A model generated the notes under the pieces. The model was not told the DNA's origin and did not search any database. It worked only from the letters and a program-made list of their open reading frames with translations. Positions 21,579 to 31,529 of a stretch of 64,000 nt of DNA are shown in pieces (positions within the stretch are counted from its first letter, which is position 1; every line of letters starts with the position of its first letter). Source of the stretch: Candidatus Bathyarchaeota archaeon. GTDB taxonomy: Archaea > Thermoproteota > Bathyarchaeia > Bathyarchaeales > Bathycorpusculaceae. A program made the translations under genes and the position numbers. Location: positions 384,001 to 448,000 of the forward strand of contig CAVZJV010000014.1 in the NCBI GenBank assembly GCA_963775685.1, written 5' to 3'.

Positions 21579-21626
21579 CGGAAAAAAATCGAATGGTCAT
21601 TTTTTACATTATAAAGTTAAAAAACC
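21579..21626 (+). repeat. motif C, copy 1
   Basis: CGGAAAAAAATCGAATGGTCATTTTTTACATTATAAAGTTAAAAAACC; 43/48 identical to the reverse complement of 29952..29999. Confidence 0.85.
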
Positions 21627-21814
21627 CTTTAATTATATGATAAAAATTAATGATATAATTAAAAATGTCCCTTGTCTGGCTTGATTAAAGGGTTATAGAC
21701 GACGAAGGACAACAGTGTCAATTGCCCCAAAAATTGCATACCCTTAGATTTTTTAAAAAAATTTTTAAATTGGATTTTAGAAAACGCTTACTTATTTTTT
21801 GATCAAGCGCTCTT

Positions 21815-22045
21815 TAAATTGTCATGTCGGGAGATAAATATTGTTGAGGTGACAAGCAATTCGGAAACACGCCTATGTTCTCCGAAACGAATTCTTCTAT
21901 ATTATCCAAATCCTCAGTTGTTAACCTCGAAATACATCGTACTCACCGAAAACAATGTTTGCTTTGGGATTTCCTTGAACTCAATGAGTTTTTGGGCAAC
22001 TTCTCTTTCAATTCCAGAACCAACTTTAAAAAGGACATATAGCAT
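21815..22045 (-). pseudogene. Lrp/AsnC ligand-binding domain remnant
   Basis: MLYVLFKVGSGIEREVAQKLIEFKEI / ANIVFGEYDV / RLTTEDLDNIEEFVSE / LLVTSTIFIS in shifting frames. Confidence 0.7.
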
Positions 22046-22113
22046 CGCAAAAAAGTTTATCCATATCTTCAATCTTATTCTAATTCAGGTTCAGTAACTT
22101 CTGAAAGGAATCT

Positions 22114-22863
22114 ATGATTTTTAAAATGGTGACTTGTTTGAGTAAAAACTTTGTTGTAGTAAACTCTGATGCACTTTTAATAACCGACATACAGAAAGAT
22201 TTTCTGCCGGGCGGCGCTTTACCTATTGAAAACGGCGACGAAATTATCCCGGTTCTCAATGATTACATACGGCGTTTTCAGAATGCTAAAGCACATATTC
22301 TAGCGTCCAGAGATTGGCACCCTTCTAACCATATCTCTTTTAGGGCTCAAGGCGGTCCATGGACACCTCATTGTGTTCAAGAAACATCGGGAGCAAAATT
22401 TAGTCCAGATCTAAAACTGCCAGACCACACAGTAGTTATCTCGAAAGCAACTAACCCCGAACATGAAGCGTATTCTGCTTTTGACGGAACAAGCCTTGCT
22501 CATGATTTGCGCGCTATGGGAGCTAAACGCCTTTTTGTTGGTGGATTAGCAACCGATTATTGTGTCGTAAATACTGTTGTTGATGCTCGCAAACTTGGTT
22601 TTGAGGCTGTGGTTCTTATGGATGGAACGTTGGGTATTAATGCTGAGCCAGGTGATGTGGACAGAGCTCTTGAAACCATGCTTCAAAATGGTTCACAACA
22701 GGCAACAGCAGACGATTTTCCTGATGCCGTCGATGAACTCCCCCTGGACGAAGCTCGTCCTGACGCCTTAGAAGAAAAACCCCTACAAAAAGCTGAGGTC
22801 AAGAAAAAAGCTCGAATGCGACCTAAAGGATCGGCTAAACGGATTCGAACTGAGCGAGGGTAA
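22114..22863 (+). CDS. pncA: nicotinamidase/pyrazinamidase (isochorismatase family) with charged C-terminal tail
   Basis: DIQKDFLPGGAL, SRDWHP..H.SF, W.PHCVQ, EAYSAF, GLATDYCV. Confidence 0.9.
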   Translation: MIFKMVTCLSKNFVVVNSDALLITDIQKDFLPGGALPIENGDEIIPVLNDYIRRFQNAKAHILASRDWHPSNHISFRAQGGPWTPHCVQETSGAKFSPDLKLPDHTVVISKATNPEHEAYSAFDGTSLAHDLRAMGAKRLFVGGLATDYCVVNTVVDARKLGFEAVVLMDGTLGINAEPGDVDRALETMLQNGSQQATADDFPDAVDELPLDEARPDALEEKPLQKAEVKKKARMRPKGSAKRIRTERG

Positions 22864-22869
22864 CTACTC

Positions 22870-22898
22870 CGAAAAGTGACGAACCTTATATAGTCATG
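22870..22898 (+). repeat. motif B, copy 2
   Basis: CGAAAAGTGACGAACCTTATATAGTCATG. Confidence 0.7.
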
Positions 22899-23221
22899 AA
22901 AATTTGTGCTTGAGAAAAAAGCCGAAAGCCCTTTGCAGAATTTACTTATACTTTTTTTCTCCTCTTGCTTAAAGCTGTGTGGCATGTCCAGTTTTTTTGT
23001 TAGTTAAGTCGTTAAAACTTGGCTCATTTCGCTGTCGCATAGTGCTAAACGCACGAGCAAGTTTTGAATAGTTTTCCGGGGTCTCTTTTTTTGCAACTAC
23101 TTAGTCAATTTGTTTTTTTTTGATTGCTTATTGAGCGTTTTTTCAGGTTAAGGATGGTATCTAATGCAGTCATCTTGGAATTGGCTCCTTTCTTTCCTCA
23201 ATTAATTTGTTGTGGTTTCTG

Positions 23222-23269
23222 CGAAAATTATTCGAATGGAAACTTTTTACAATAAATAGTAAAAATGCC
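23222..23269 (+). repeat. motif C, copy 2
   Basis: CGAAAATTATTCGAATGGAAACTTTTTACAATAAATAGTAAAAATGCC; 38/48 identical to copy 3, ungapped. Confidence 0.75.
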
Positions 23270-23412
23270 GCTTAAGATGTTGAAAGTTTATATATAAATA
23301 GTTAATTTTCAACGTTGACTACGTTATTTTTCCAATAAGAGAAGCGAACAACGGCAACTTCTTCAACGTGAAGTTGACTGAAAACGTTTATCAATGAATT
23401 TAACGAGTAACC

Positions 23413-23829
23413 TTACGTCTCGCCCAGAATCTGAATAATAATAGTTCTTTCTCTAGGATAAACATCAGTTTCAACAAAAAGCAGCGACTGCCACGTTCCC
23501 AAAACAACCCGTCCATTAATAATCGGCAGAGTCTTGTCCGGCGGGAGAAGCATGGAACGCAGATGCGAATGTGCATTAGAAGGGTGCTGGTATTTCCCGT
23601 TTTTTGGAGCCATCTTTTCAAGAAAAACTTTGATGTCGTTGAGTAAGGCATCATCATTTTCTGTTAAAATAATAATGCCTGTGGCATGGGGCGAGAAGAT
23701 GTGGACTATGCCGTTTTTGATTTCTGATAGGGAAACTTCTTCCGTGATCTTGTCGGTTAAGTCAATGAATTCTATTTCTCCTTGTGTAGTGAACCTGTAA
23801 GTTTTGTTTAAAACCTTAAAGTTTTGCAA
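23413..23829 (-). CDS. YjbQ/UPF0047 family protein
   Basis: HATGI..EN..L..D..YQH..NAHSHL..LGTWQ. Confidence 0.9.
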   Translation of the reverse strand: MQNFKVLNKTYRFTTQGEIEFIDLTDKITEEVSLSEIKNGIVHIFSPHATGIIILTENDDALLNDIKVFLEKMAPKNGKYQHPSNAHSHLRSMLLPPDKTLPIINGRVVLGTWQSLLFVETDVYPRERTIIIQILGET

Positions 23830-23893
23830 TTCCAGCTATCCTCATGTTTTATCTGTTTTTTTGGTTGAAAAAGGTTTCGAGTTTGCCTAAAAG

Positions 23894-23921
23894 CTGTGGT
23901 TTGGGGGATGCTTTTGTATAC
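23894..23921 (-). repeat. dispersed repeat motif A, copy 3
   Basis: Reverse complement GTATACAAAAGCATCCCCCAAACCACAG. Confidence 0.9.
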
Positions 23922-25769
23922 GAGCCACAGGTTTTCTTGGCACGATAAAGGCTTTTTAGTTGATCTCCTATTCACGATGTTGCTAAAATTATTTCACTGA
24001 TTCCTGTGAGGCTACTTCTGATTTAAGTTGAAACATCTAAAACACAAAAACAAACAGACCAAAAAGAATGATGCTTTAAGGTACAGAAAACCTCAAGTTT
24101 CCGCCATAATTACCATTGAACACTTTCCAACTTTAGAGACGATAGCAGCTAAAGTCTTAAACAGACGAGTGAAAGTCCAACCTCTCAGAAAAAACGCTAT
24201 TGTAGTAGTTGAAGCTCTACGTGGCTTATCGGGAAAGTGAGAAATTCTATCTTTTGTCACACCTTTTTAGAATATTTGGGGGTTTTTTGAACCTTTCGTT
24301 GTGTTGGTTGTCCGTCATGATGTCATTTTTAATGCAATATATTTGTCACAAATCACGCAGGAGGATGTTTTTTTAATCAACTAGACGTGACAAAATTGTT
24401 TGGTTTAGGATAAGGTTAGTTTATCAAAAGTAATATCAAAACTTGCCCAAAAGGAAATTTCATATCCTGCTAACGCCACCCTCTATTCTGGCTAACTTAT
24501 AACGTTTAAGCTCCCAAACGCTCAAATCAAACTTGAACTCTTGATGCATAGCATGACGGTTTCAAGAGACACTTGAACTATCTATAATCCTTCCCTAAGT
24601 TATAAGACGCAACACTCTTCGTTAAAGAAAGAAATAAAAATGTTTTCCAGACGAGAGAAGTTAAAAATTAAATGCCACATTTAGGCAACCATCCAGGCTA
24701 TCTTTTAGTTGTCTGGCCTCTAAATACACCACCAGCCAAAGAACAAAAATATGTAGGTTACAGTTGACAAGGGGCAGTGTGATTATGTCCCCCATCCTTC
24801 TGAGAAAACATTTTGTTTGCCTGCCTGCTGAGGTATTCTCTTTCGATGAGAGAGCGAGTTTTCTAAAGCAAACATTTCTTAGGGGAACAGCTGGTTTTGT
24901 TTAATTCAAAATCATATTTCAAAGCACAGGTTAAAAATTTTTGTATCTTCTTAAATTTGAAATAATTTCGAGATCCTAAAAACAACGACTATTCGTTGAC
25001 CTTTTTTTATCAAAATAGTATATTATTAAGCTTGTTTTAAATTTATTTAAGAGAGGCGCCTTTGTTTAGGTTCGAAAAGCGCTATATACAAAAACCAGCG
25101 ATTTTTTTCTATGGAAACCATAATCTAATCAGCCTATTTGAAGCTAAAATTCAAAAATAACCCCGATTACGCCTTAATCGCATTCACCTCAACAGGTTGG
25201 CATGGACATTACCGGAGCCTCATATAAGTACCTCTGAAAATCTCCATGCGAAGCAAACACCGGTTTTTTCGGCTATCCTTCGAGGGTAAACTCTGTTTTT
25301 TTGACAATTTAGCAAACTTTTACAATTTTAGCTCATATTTCTTTTTTCAGAAATATTTTGTCAGGTGTCGGTAATTTTTTGTCACTTTGTTTTTGTTTTG
25401 TGGTGTTAACTTTTAAGCTTCAGGTTCTTTGATTTGGATCCTTTTGTTTATGCCTTGTGCAGTTGGTGTTTGATTTTGTATGATCCATTTTGCAGTGGGA
25501 ACGCTAAAAGTTTCTATTTTGCAAACGGTGCTTCTTTTCAGCATGAGGTTTTGGGGTTGCAAGCCGATTTTTTGGTGTCTAAGGACCGCTTTTTTTCTGT
25601 CTCTTTTGAGTCAACACTGATATTTCAAGCGCTTATGGTAGTCTAAATAGCGGATATTTCAGTCATGTTAATGTTGAAAAAGGCGTAATCGGTGGCTTTG
25701 GTTGTATTGGTAATACTCATGATTCCTACATTTACCAGCATGCACCAGTCACACCAGCCTAAACTAGCT

Positions 25770-25796
25770 GTATACAAAAGCATCCCCAAACCACAG
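25770..25796 (+). repeat. dispersed repeat motif A, copy 4
   Basis: GTATACAAAAGCATCCCCAAACCACAG. Confidence 0.9.
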
Positions 25797-25865
25797 TTTT
25801 CGGGTTCTCCTAAAGAACAATTTTTATCCCAAGACACCGATAATAGGCATCTTAGAGAAGGGAAA

Positions 25866-26306
25866 TTGTTGACTACAGAGATTGACCGAATCAAACTTAG
25901 GCGATGGCGCAAAAGAGGGTTCTACAGTGAAACTGTCTTAGTCAAACTCCTGCAGAAAAAAGGCTACAACGCCGTACGTGTCCCCGTCAGCAATCCAAGC
26001 CTCAACCCCCTGCCAGACCTCATGGCTCGAAAAGGCAAACACGTCTACGCTTTTGAAGTAAAAAACGCCAGCTACTACGCCTACTTTCCCAAGCCCCAAA
26101 TCGACAAACTCTTCCAGTTCCTCGTCCAATTCATCCCCACAGGCAACGAAAACAAACACGCCATCGTAGCCGCACATCTGGGTAAACGGTGGCTGTTCAA
26201 GGAAATCAGCTGGAACGACTGGGAAAAAAATAAGCTCCCCGACAAAGTACGAATCCTAAAACGCGACCGAGGAAACTTTAACATCGACACCAGCTACCAA
26301 CAATAG
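25866..26306 (+). CDS. Hjc-like archaeal Holliday junction resolvase / PD-(D/E)xK nuclease
   Basis: RGFYSE..LVKLL..GY.AVRVP.S....LPDLMA..VYAFEVK; start uncertain (ORF track extends to 25692 through motif A). Confidence 0.75.
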   Translation: MLTTEIDRIKLRRWRKRGFYSETVLVKLLQKKGYNAVRVPVSNPSLNPLPDLMARKGKHVYAFEVKNASYYAYFPKPQIDKLFQFLVQFIPTGNENKHAIVAAHLGKRWLFKEISWNDWEKNKLPDKVRILKRDRGNFNIDTSYQQ

Positions 26307-26399
26307 CAGTAAACGAATGTACCTCAAGCTTATTATTACTTTGAAGCTGCTTCAAGCTAACCTAACATTGAGGTAAAGAGCAGGAAGGCTGAGCAAAAG

Positions 26400-27048
26400 C
26401 CATAGTTGTTTCAACACAAGGCATAACCAAAGCTTTCCAAGTCGGCGACAGAAAAATCACCGTCCTAAAAGACATAAACATACAGATTCACAGAGCCAAC
26501 TTTACCGTTATATGTGGGCCGTCAGGCTCAGGAAAAACCACTTTACTCAACATCATAGGTGGAATTGATCGACCTACAAAGGAAAAATCTTTGTTGCAGG
26601 GAAACCTTGACGGATAAAAATGAGAATTTTCTCTCTGATTTTCGCTGTAATCATGTTGGTTTTGTTTTTCAAGCGTACAATTTGGTTTCAACGCTAACGG
26701 TTGAGGAGAACGTTGCTTTTCCTATGGAGAGAACCCGAAAACCGCCTGCAGAAATTGCTAAAAGAGTCGCTGAGCTTCTAAAAACAATAGGGGTTAGAAC
26801 ATCGAGCACACCATTTCTCAGCGCAATTAAGCGGTGGCGAGCAACAACGGGTCGCTTTCGCTAGGGCTTTAGCTAACTACCCTGAGGTGATTTTGGCAGA
26901 TGAACCCACAGGTAATCTGGATCTGAAGAAGCTCTAAAAATTCTCCAGGTGTTCCAACTCTTGAAGACAAATGGAAAAACTGTCATTGTTTCTACTCAAG
27001 ACTTGCAGATCAGGGAGACTTAGCGGACCAAGTTTTATGCTTAGATGA
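26400..27048 (+). pseudogene. decayed ABC transporter ATP-binding gene
   Basis: [36 protein letters not shown] split over several frames with stops. Confidence 0.85.
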
Positions 27049-27068
27049 GGGTAAATTGGCGGATAATT

Positions 27069-28936
27069 ATGAGTAGCGAATTGTTTTCCAATTAACGATT
27101 TGATTAGGCGAAGGCTGCAAACAAGCTTAACAATCATCACTTTAACGTTAAGTATTGCTTCAACATTGTTTCTTTTGTTGTTTAGTACTCGTTTAGTGGT
27201 GGGTATTGCATCTGCATCGGGTACTCTAACATTGGGGTTAAATATGGTCTTTAGCCAATTTATCCTATTCATCGCGTCCTGATTTTTGTGATTGGCGCCG
27301 TATTGACAGCGTTTATTTTTTTTGATGTTCTCTCAGAGGACCCATGATTTTGGTCTAATAAAAGCGGCTGGATGCCCAAATAGCCTGTTGCAGGATACTT
27401 TATGACAGAACTCCTAACGGTAACTTTCGTCGGCTGCGTCTTAGGCATAATACTTGGTTTTTTTAATGGATTTTGCGGCAGCTCAGCTTATTTTTTCCGC
27501 CTATATTTTACCGAATTTCAGGTTTGCGCCCTTAGTTTTGTTGTCTTTATTATTCTTTCAATTTTTTTGGTTTGAGGCCTATCTTTAAAGCAGCTAATAT
27601 GTCAGCTATAGATGCGCTTTCACCAGTATATTATTACGGTTTAACATGCGAAAGTAAACATAAGCCGCTGTCAAGGAGAGCGATAACTTGGCGTATTGCT
27701 CTACGAAGCCTATACCGGCGTCAATCAGCAAGCCTGCGCAATGTTTTTTTGTTGCCAATGGTATTTATTTTATTGACAGTTTCGATTGCAGGTGGAACAA
27801 TCGCGAGCGACACCACAATTTCATCGATTGAAACCCCCCGTTGGTAAAGACACCATTGCAATTTCTCAAAGCACAATGATAAATGAATACAAAACACAGC
27901 TGTTGAAGTTCTCAAAAACCCAAGAATACCGTATTTAACTATTCAGACCCTCATTTGGCCTTTCCGCAAGCACTTATTCAACAACTTAAAAAGATAAATG
28001 CAGTTGAGACGGTTGATCCAAGGTTGGTTTTAGTGGAAGCTGTTCGGGAAATTCTAGGCTTCGAATTAGGGCAAGACAGTTCCCAGACGCAGTTTGTCGG
28101 TGGCCATCGCCAAGGTCAATCCCTTGTAGTAGGCATAAATCCGGCTGATTCTATTAGTTCCTGGTCGCTAAAAGGAAGATTTTTAAGCAATAGTTCCACC
28201 GCGGAAGCATTGTTGGAAATTCAATTGCTAACACAATGTACGCGAGAGACCCAAAAAATAAGGTCAGCTAGCTGAATCCCTTGTAGGAAGGCATTGGACT
28301 TGAAAATGTAACTTTCAAAATTGTTGGGGTATGTGTTGATCCTCTAAATAATGGTTATGTCGCCTAGTTCCCATCGAGAAAATGCAAAATGCAACGGGGT
28401 TACATGAAGATAATTTGTTGCTTGTTAAACTCAACGATTCCAGTACCCGCAATTCTGCTATTGACGCAATAAAAAGCGTAGTTCAAGCATCTGGTTGCGA
28501 TTTAGAAGTGTTCGATTTAAGCGCAGTAGTTGACCAGAATACAGTTTTTCTATCTTTGACGTGGCAAACTATTATGTTGCTGCCGATTTTTACTTTGGTA
28601 TTTGCTGCTATTTGTCTAGTGGGTTTTATGGTGTTATCGGTGGATGAAACAGCATCAAAAATTCGCCATATTACGTACTATAGGCGCTAAACCGGCCATA
28701 ATTATCAATATTTCAGCGATTCAAAGTGCAATTGTGTTTTTTCCAGTTTTGCATTGGGCATTTCGTTGGGTGTAATCACAACTTTGCTTATTTTGATGAC
28801 AGCCCCTCTAGTTAAGAGCTTCACTGTTGTGAAAATAGCTGTTTGGTTACTCGCCGCCTTGATTGGAATGTTCCTCTTTAGCCTTTACTTGACGTTTAGG
28901 CTTGCTAAACCTTCAATCCTTAAAATTATGACTTAA
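27069..28936 (+). pseudogene. decayed FtsX/MacB-like ABC permease
   Basis: Five or more fragments (27100, 27572, 27955, 28382, 28754) with permease-like TM segments and in-frame stops. Confidence 0.75.
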
Positions 28937-29627
28937 GGGTTTTGAATGTTTTGGAGAAAAACTTTAGCGTTTCTGTGTATGCTGGCAGTTGGCATATGAA
29001 GTCTTGGAGCTGGAGGACGGGTACTACGGGTACTTTTTGATAGAATTTGTAGTCGCTGGGAATTAGGGAGAGTACGGCTGGCATGAACTTTGCTTTTTCC
29101 CATTTGACACACTCAAGTTTTGTGTTGATGCTGGGTAACGAATCGGCCAACGCTCGGGCTCTTTGCGTTTGCAGGTCAACAATCTTTCTTAGAGCTGATG
29201 GTGAGATTGCCCTTTGCCAATGCTTGCAGTCGATGCAGATGACTATGGGTTTTTTGCAACCCACCACGTCGATTTCCCATCTTTTTGGCCCATTTTTGAA
29301 CCGAAAGTTTTTTTGTACTACGTAGCCGTTTTTTTTTAGTGCTATGGCTGCGATTTCTTCAAACTCTTGCCAGCAAAGCAAATCGCTGATGTGTTCGATG
29401 TCTGCACCTAAAGATGCTGCTTTGATGGCTAGTTTAAGTCTACTACTGCTATCTATTTCTACGGTGTAAGTTTTCAAATAAATGAGGTTTTCATTTTGCA
29501 GTTTTTCCAGCAACTTCCACGTAATAACTGAAGGTATCTTTGCGTCTCTATTGACACTTTCAATTAAAACAGGTTCCTCTTTTGTTAGTTTTAGAAGAGA
29601 AATTATGAGATTTCTTTCAACAATCAT
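28926..29627 (-). CDS. restriction endonuclease-like protein (Mrr/NERD-type) with N-terminal wHTH-like region
   Basis: WQEFEE..GY..EIDVVG..ICIDCKHW PD-(D/E)xK signature. Confidence 0.8.
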   Translation of the reverse strand: MIVERNLIISLLKLTKEEPVLIESVNRDAKIPSVITWKLLEKLQNENLIYLKTYTVEIDSSSRLKLAIKAASLGADIEHISDLLCWQEFEEIAAIALKKNGYVVQKNFRFKNGPKRWEIDVVGCKKPIVICIDCKHWQRAISPSALRKIVDLQTQRARALADSLPSINTKLECVKWEKAKFMPAVLSLIPSDYKFYQKVPVVPVLQLQDFICQLPAYTETLKFFSKTFKTLKS

Positions 29628-29721
29628 AGTTGACCCTCAGAGAAGTTGACATGTAACTAGCAAAAAACAGCCAAATTGAGCGTTTGTTTGAGCTTTCACC
29701 TAAACTGAATGCTGGAAAGCC

Positions 29722-29748
29722 GTATACGAAAGCATCCCCCAAACACAC
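29722..29748 (+). repeat. dispersed repeat motif A, copy 5
   Basis: GTATACGAAAGCATCCCCCAAACACAC. Confidence 0.9.
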
Positions 29749-29951
29749 TTCTTCCGAGCGCATCAGCTATCAAGACTTCTCCCAAATGGCCTTATCATTC
29801 GATTTTTCGTTATCTATGACTGCCCGATGAAATAACCTTTGTGTTAATTAGGAAACTAAAAAGTCATCATCTTCGCTAATCGCAGCCTCAAAAATCGGCT
29901 ATAATATGGTCATATAGACATGTTCCAGCTATTTTTTTAAAATGGACAAAT

Positions 29952-29999
29952 GGTTGTTTAACTATTTAATGTAAAAAATGACCATTCGATTATTTTTCG
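29952..29999 (-). repeat. motif C, copy 3
   Basis: Reverse complement CGAAAAATAATCGAATGGTCATTTTTTACATTAAATAGTTAAACAACC. Confidence 0.85.
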
Positions 30000-30343
30000 A
30001 ACAGGTAACTGTCTTTTTAGTTGAAAACAGAAGAAGCCTGACTAAAGAAAACGATAAAGGCTCAGGAAAACTAAGTTGAAAATGCAGATTTGAAAATACA
30101 ATCAACAGATTTCATCGTCATCAAAGACAAAATCTTGTAATTCAGAGATCTTTTTAGTACTACCGCTCGTTATTTTGTATTTTTTGTTTTTGCGAAGTGC
30201 CTAATAGGTCTTATAAGGGCTATTCTTGGTTAAATTATGTTTTCTTTACTTGCTGAACTGGGTGTGAAAGAAACGCTTTCTCAAAAATGATCATTCTTAT
30301 TGTTTGGTCAGGGTTGATTTTCGTTTGTCAGGATTAGACGTAG

Positions 30344-30373
30344 CATGAATATATAAGGTTCGGTTAAGTTTCG
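30344..30373 (-). repeat. motif B, copy 3
   Basis: Reverse complement CGAAACTTAACCGAACCTTATATATTCATG. Confidence 0.75.
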
Positions 30374-30413
30374 GTGGTTGATCCTGTTTTAAGAACTTTT
30401 TTGGTAGAAAAAA

Positions 30414-30440
30414 GTTTGTTTTGGCGATGCTTTCGTATAC
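30414..30440 (-). repeat. dispersed repeat motif A, copy 6
   Basis: Reverse complement GTATACGAAAGCATCGCCAAAACAAAC. Confidence 0.85.
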
Positions 30441-30509
30441 AAAAACGAATTTGTGGCAAAAAGACCATCTTTAAATATTAAAGGATGGTTAGCCAGAATA
30501 GGTATTCTA

Positions 30510-31529
30510 ATGTCCCAAATGAAAGCGATCCAAGTCAATGGACCCGGGCAAGACTTTGTGCTGGTTCAAAAGGAAATTCCTCAACCAAAAGAACACGAGG
30601 TTCTCCTTAAAGTTGAAGCCTGCGGAATCTGCCATGGTGACGCCATCGCCAAGTACGGAGGGTTCCCCGGTTTATCTTATCCGAGAACACCTGGCCATGA
30701 GGTTGTTGGAACAATAGCCAAATTAGGCTCGAAATCGCATCACTGGAATGTTGGGCAAAGAGTTGGGGTGGGTTGGCGTGGAGGTCACTGTCTTAAGTGT
30801 AAGGCCTGCCTTAAAGGCGACTATTGGGCGTGTGAAAGTCCCTTAGCAACAGGCATTTCAACCGACGGCGGATACGCCGAATACATGATTGCTCGTATGG
30901 ACGTGCTAACCGCTATCCCCGATGAGCTTACTTCCGTTGAAGCAGCGCCGCTTCTTTGTGCAGGTGCAACAACTTTAGGTGCAATTAAAAATAGTGCTGT
31001 AAAAGGCGGAGACTTGGTTGCAATTCAAGGATTAGGGGGGCTAGGGCACTTGGCACTGCAGTTCGCTGTAAAATTTGGTTTGAAGACCGCTGTTGTTTCC
31101 CGTGGCAAAGAAAAAGAGGCGCTCGCCCACAAGCTTGGAGCCAACTTTTACATATATGCTCAAACTTCTAACGTAAGCCAAGAACTAATAAAACTTGACG
31201 GTGCGAAAGCTATTTTCTGTACTGCACCCAACAGTAAAGCCATCGGAGAGCTAGTGGATGGGCTTGCCTGCAATGGGCAATTAATCATCGTTACCTTCGT
31301 TAATGAGCCAATGCAAATTTCTCCGTCTCAACTAATGCGGGCTGTACGATCTGTTAGCGGTTGGGTCGGAGGAAACACCGACGACGCACTAAGCTTTAGC
31401 GTTTTTGCACACGTTGTTCCAATGGTAGAAGTTTTCCCGCTTGAGCAAGCCGCTATCGCTTTTGACCGCATGATGACTGCCAAGGTTCATTTTAGGGCAG
31501 TTCTAAAAATGATGGATGAATTAAAATGA
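30510..31529 (+). CDS. zinc-dependent alcohol dehydrogenase
   Basis: ACGICHGD, PGHEVVG, CxxCxxC..C, GLGGLG. Confidence 0.93.
   Translation: MSQMKAIQVNGPGQDFVLVQKEIPQPKEHEVLLKVEACGICHGDAIAKYGGFPGLSYPRTPGHEVVGTIAKLGSKSHHWNVGQRVGVGWRGGHCLKCKACLKGDYWACESPLATGISTDGGYAEYMIARMDVLTAIPDELTSVEAAPLLCAGATTLGAIKNSAVKGGDLVAIQGLGGLGHLALQFAVKFGLKTAVVSRGKEKEALAHKLGANFYIYAQTSNVSQELIKLDGAKAIFCTAPNSKAIGELVDGLACNGQLIIVTFVNEPMQISPSQLMRAVRSVSGWVGGNTDDALSFSVFAHVVPMVEVFPLEQAAIAFDRMMTAKVHFRAVLKMMDELK

Larger units (their letters stand above)
29722..30440. mobile_element. 719-bp non-coding element bounded by inverted motif A (MITE-like or invertible segment)
   Basis: GTATACGAAAGCATC...GATGCTTTCGTATAC termini; contains motifs B and C; no ORF. 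Confidence 0.5.

Noticed and set aside
21365-22097. ORFs 21365..21640 and 21819..22097 as genes
   Set aside because: No recognisable motifs; the first spans repeat motif C and the second is antisense to an Lrp remnant
25692-25865. N-terminal signal/TM extension of the Hjc-like ORF
   Set aside because: It reads through non-coding repeat motif A; a start near 25866 fits Hjc length better
18977-30440. Motif A as CRISPR repeats or Orc1/Cdc6 ORB elements
   Set aside because: Copies are kilobases apart in both orientations; they have a G-string but lack the TCCA..GAAAC ORB core, and no cdc6/orc1 is nearby
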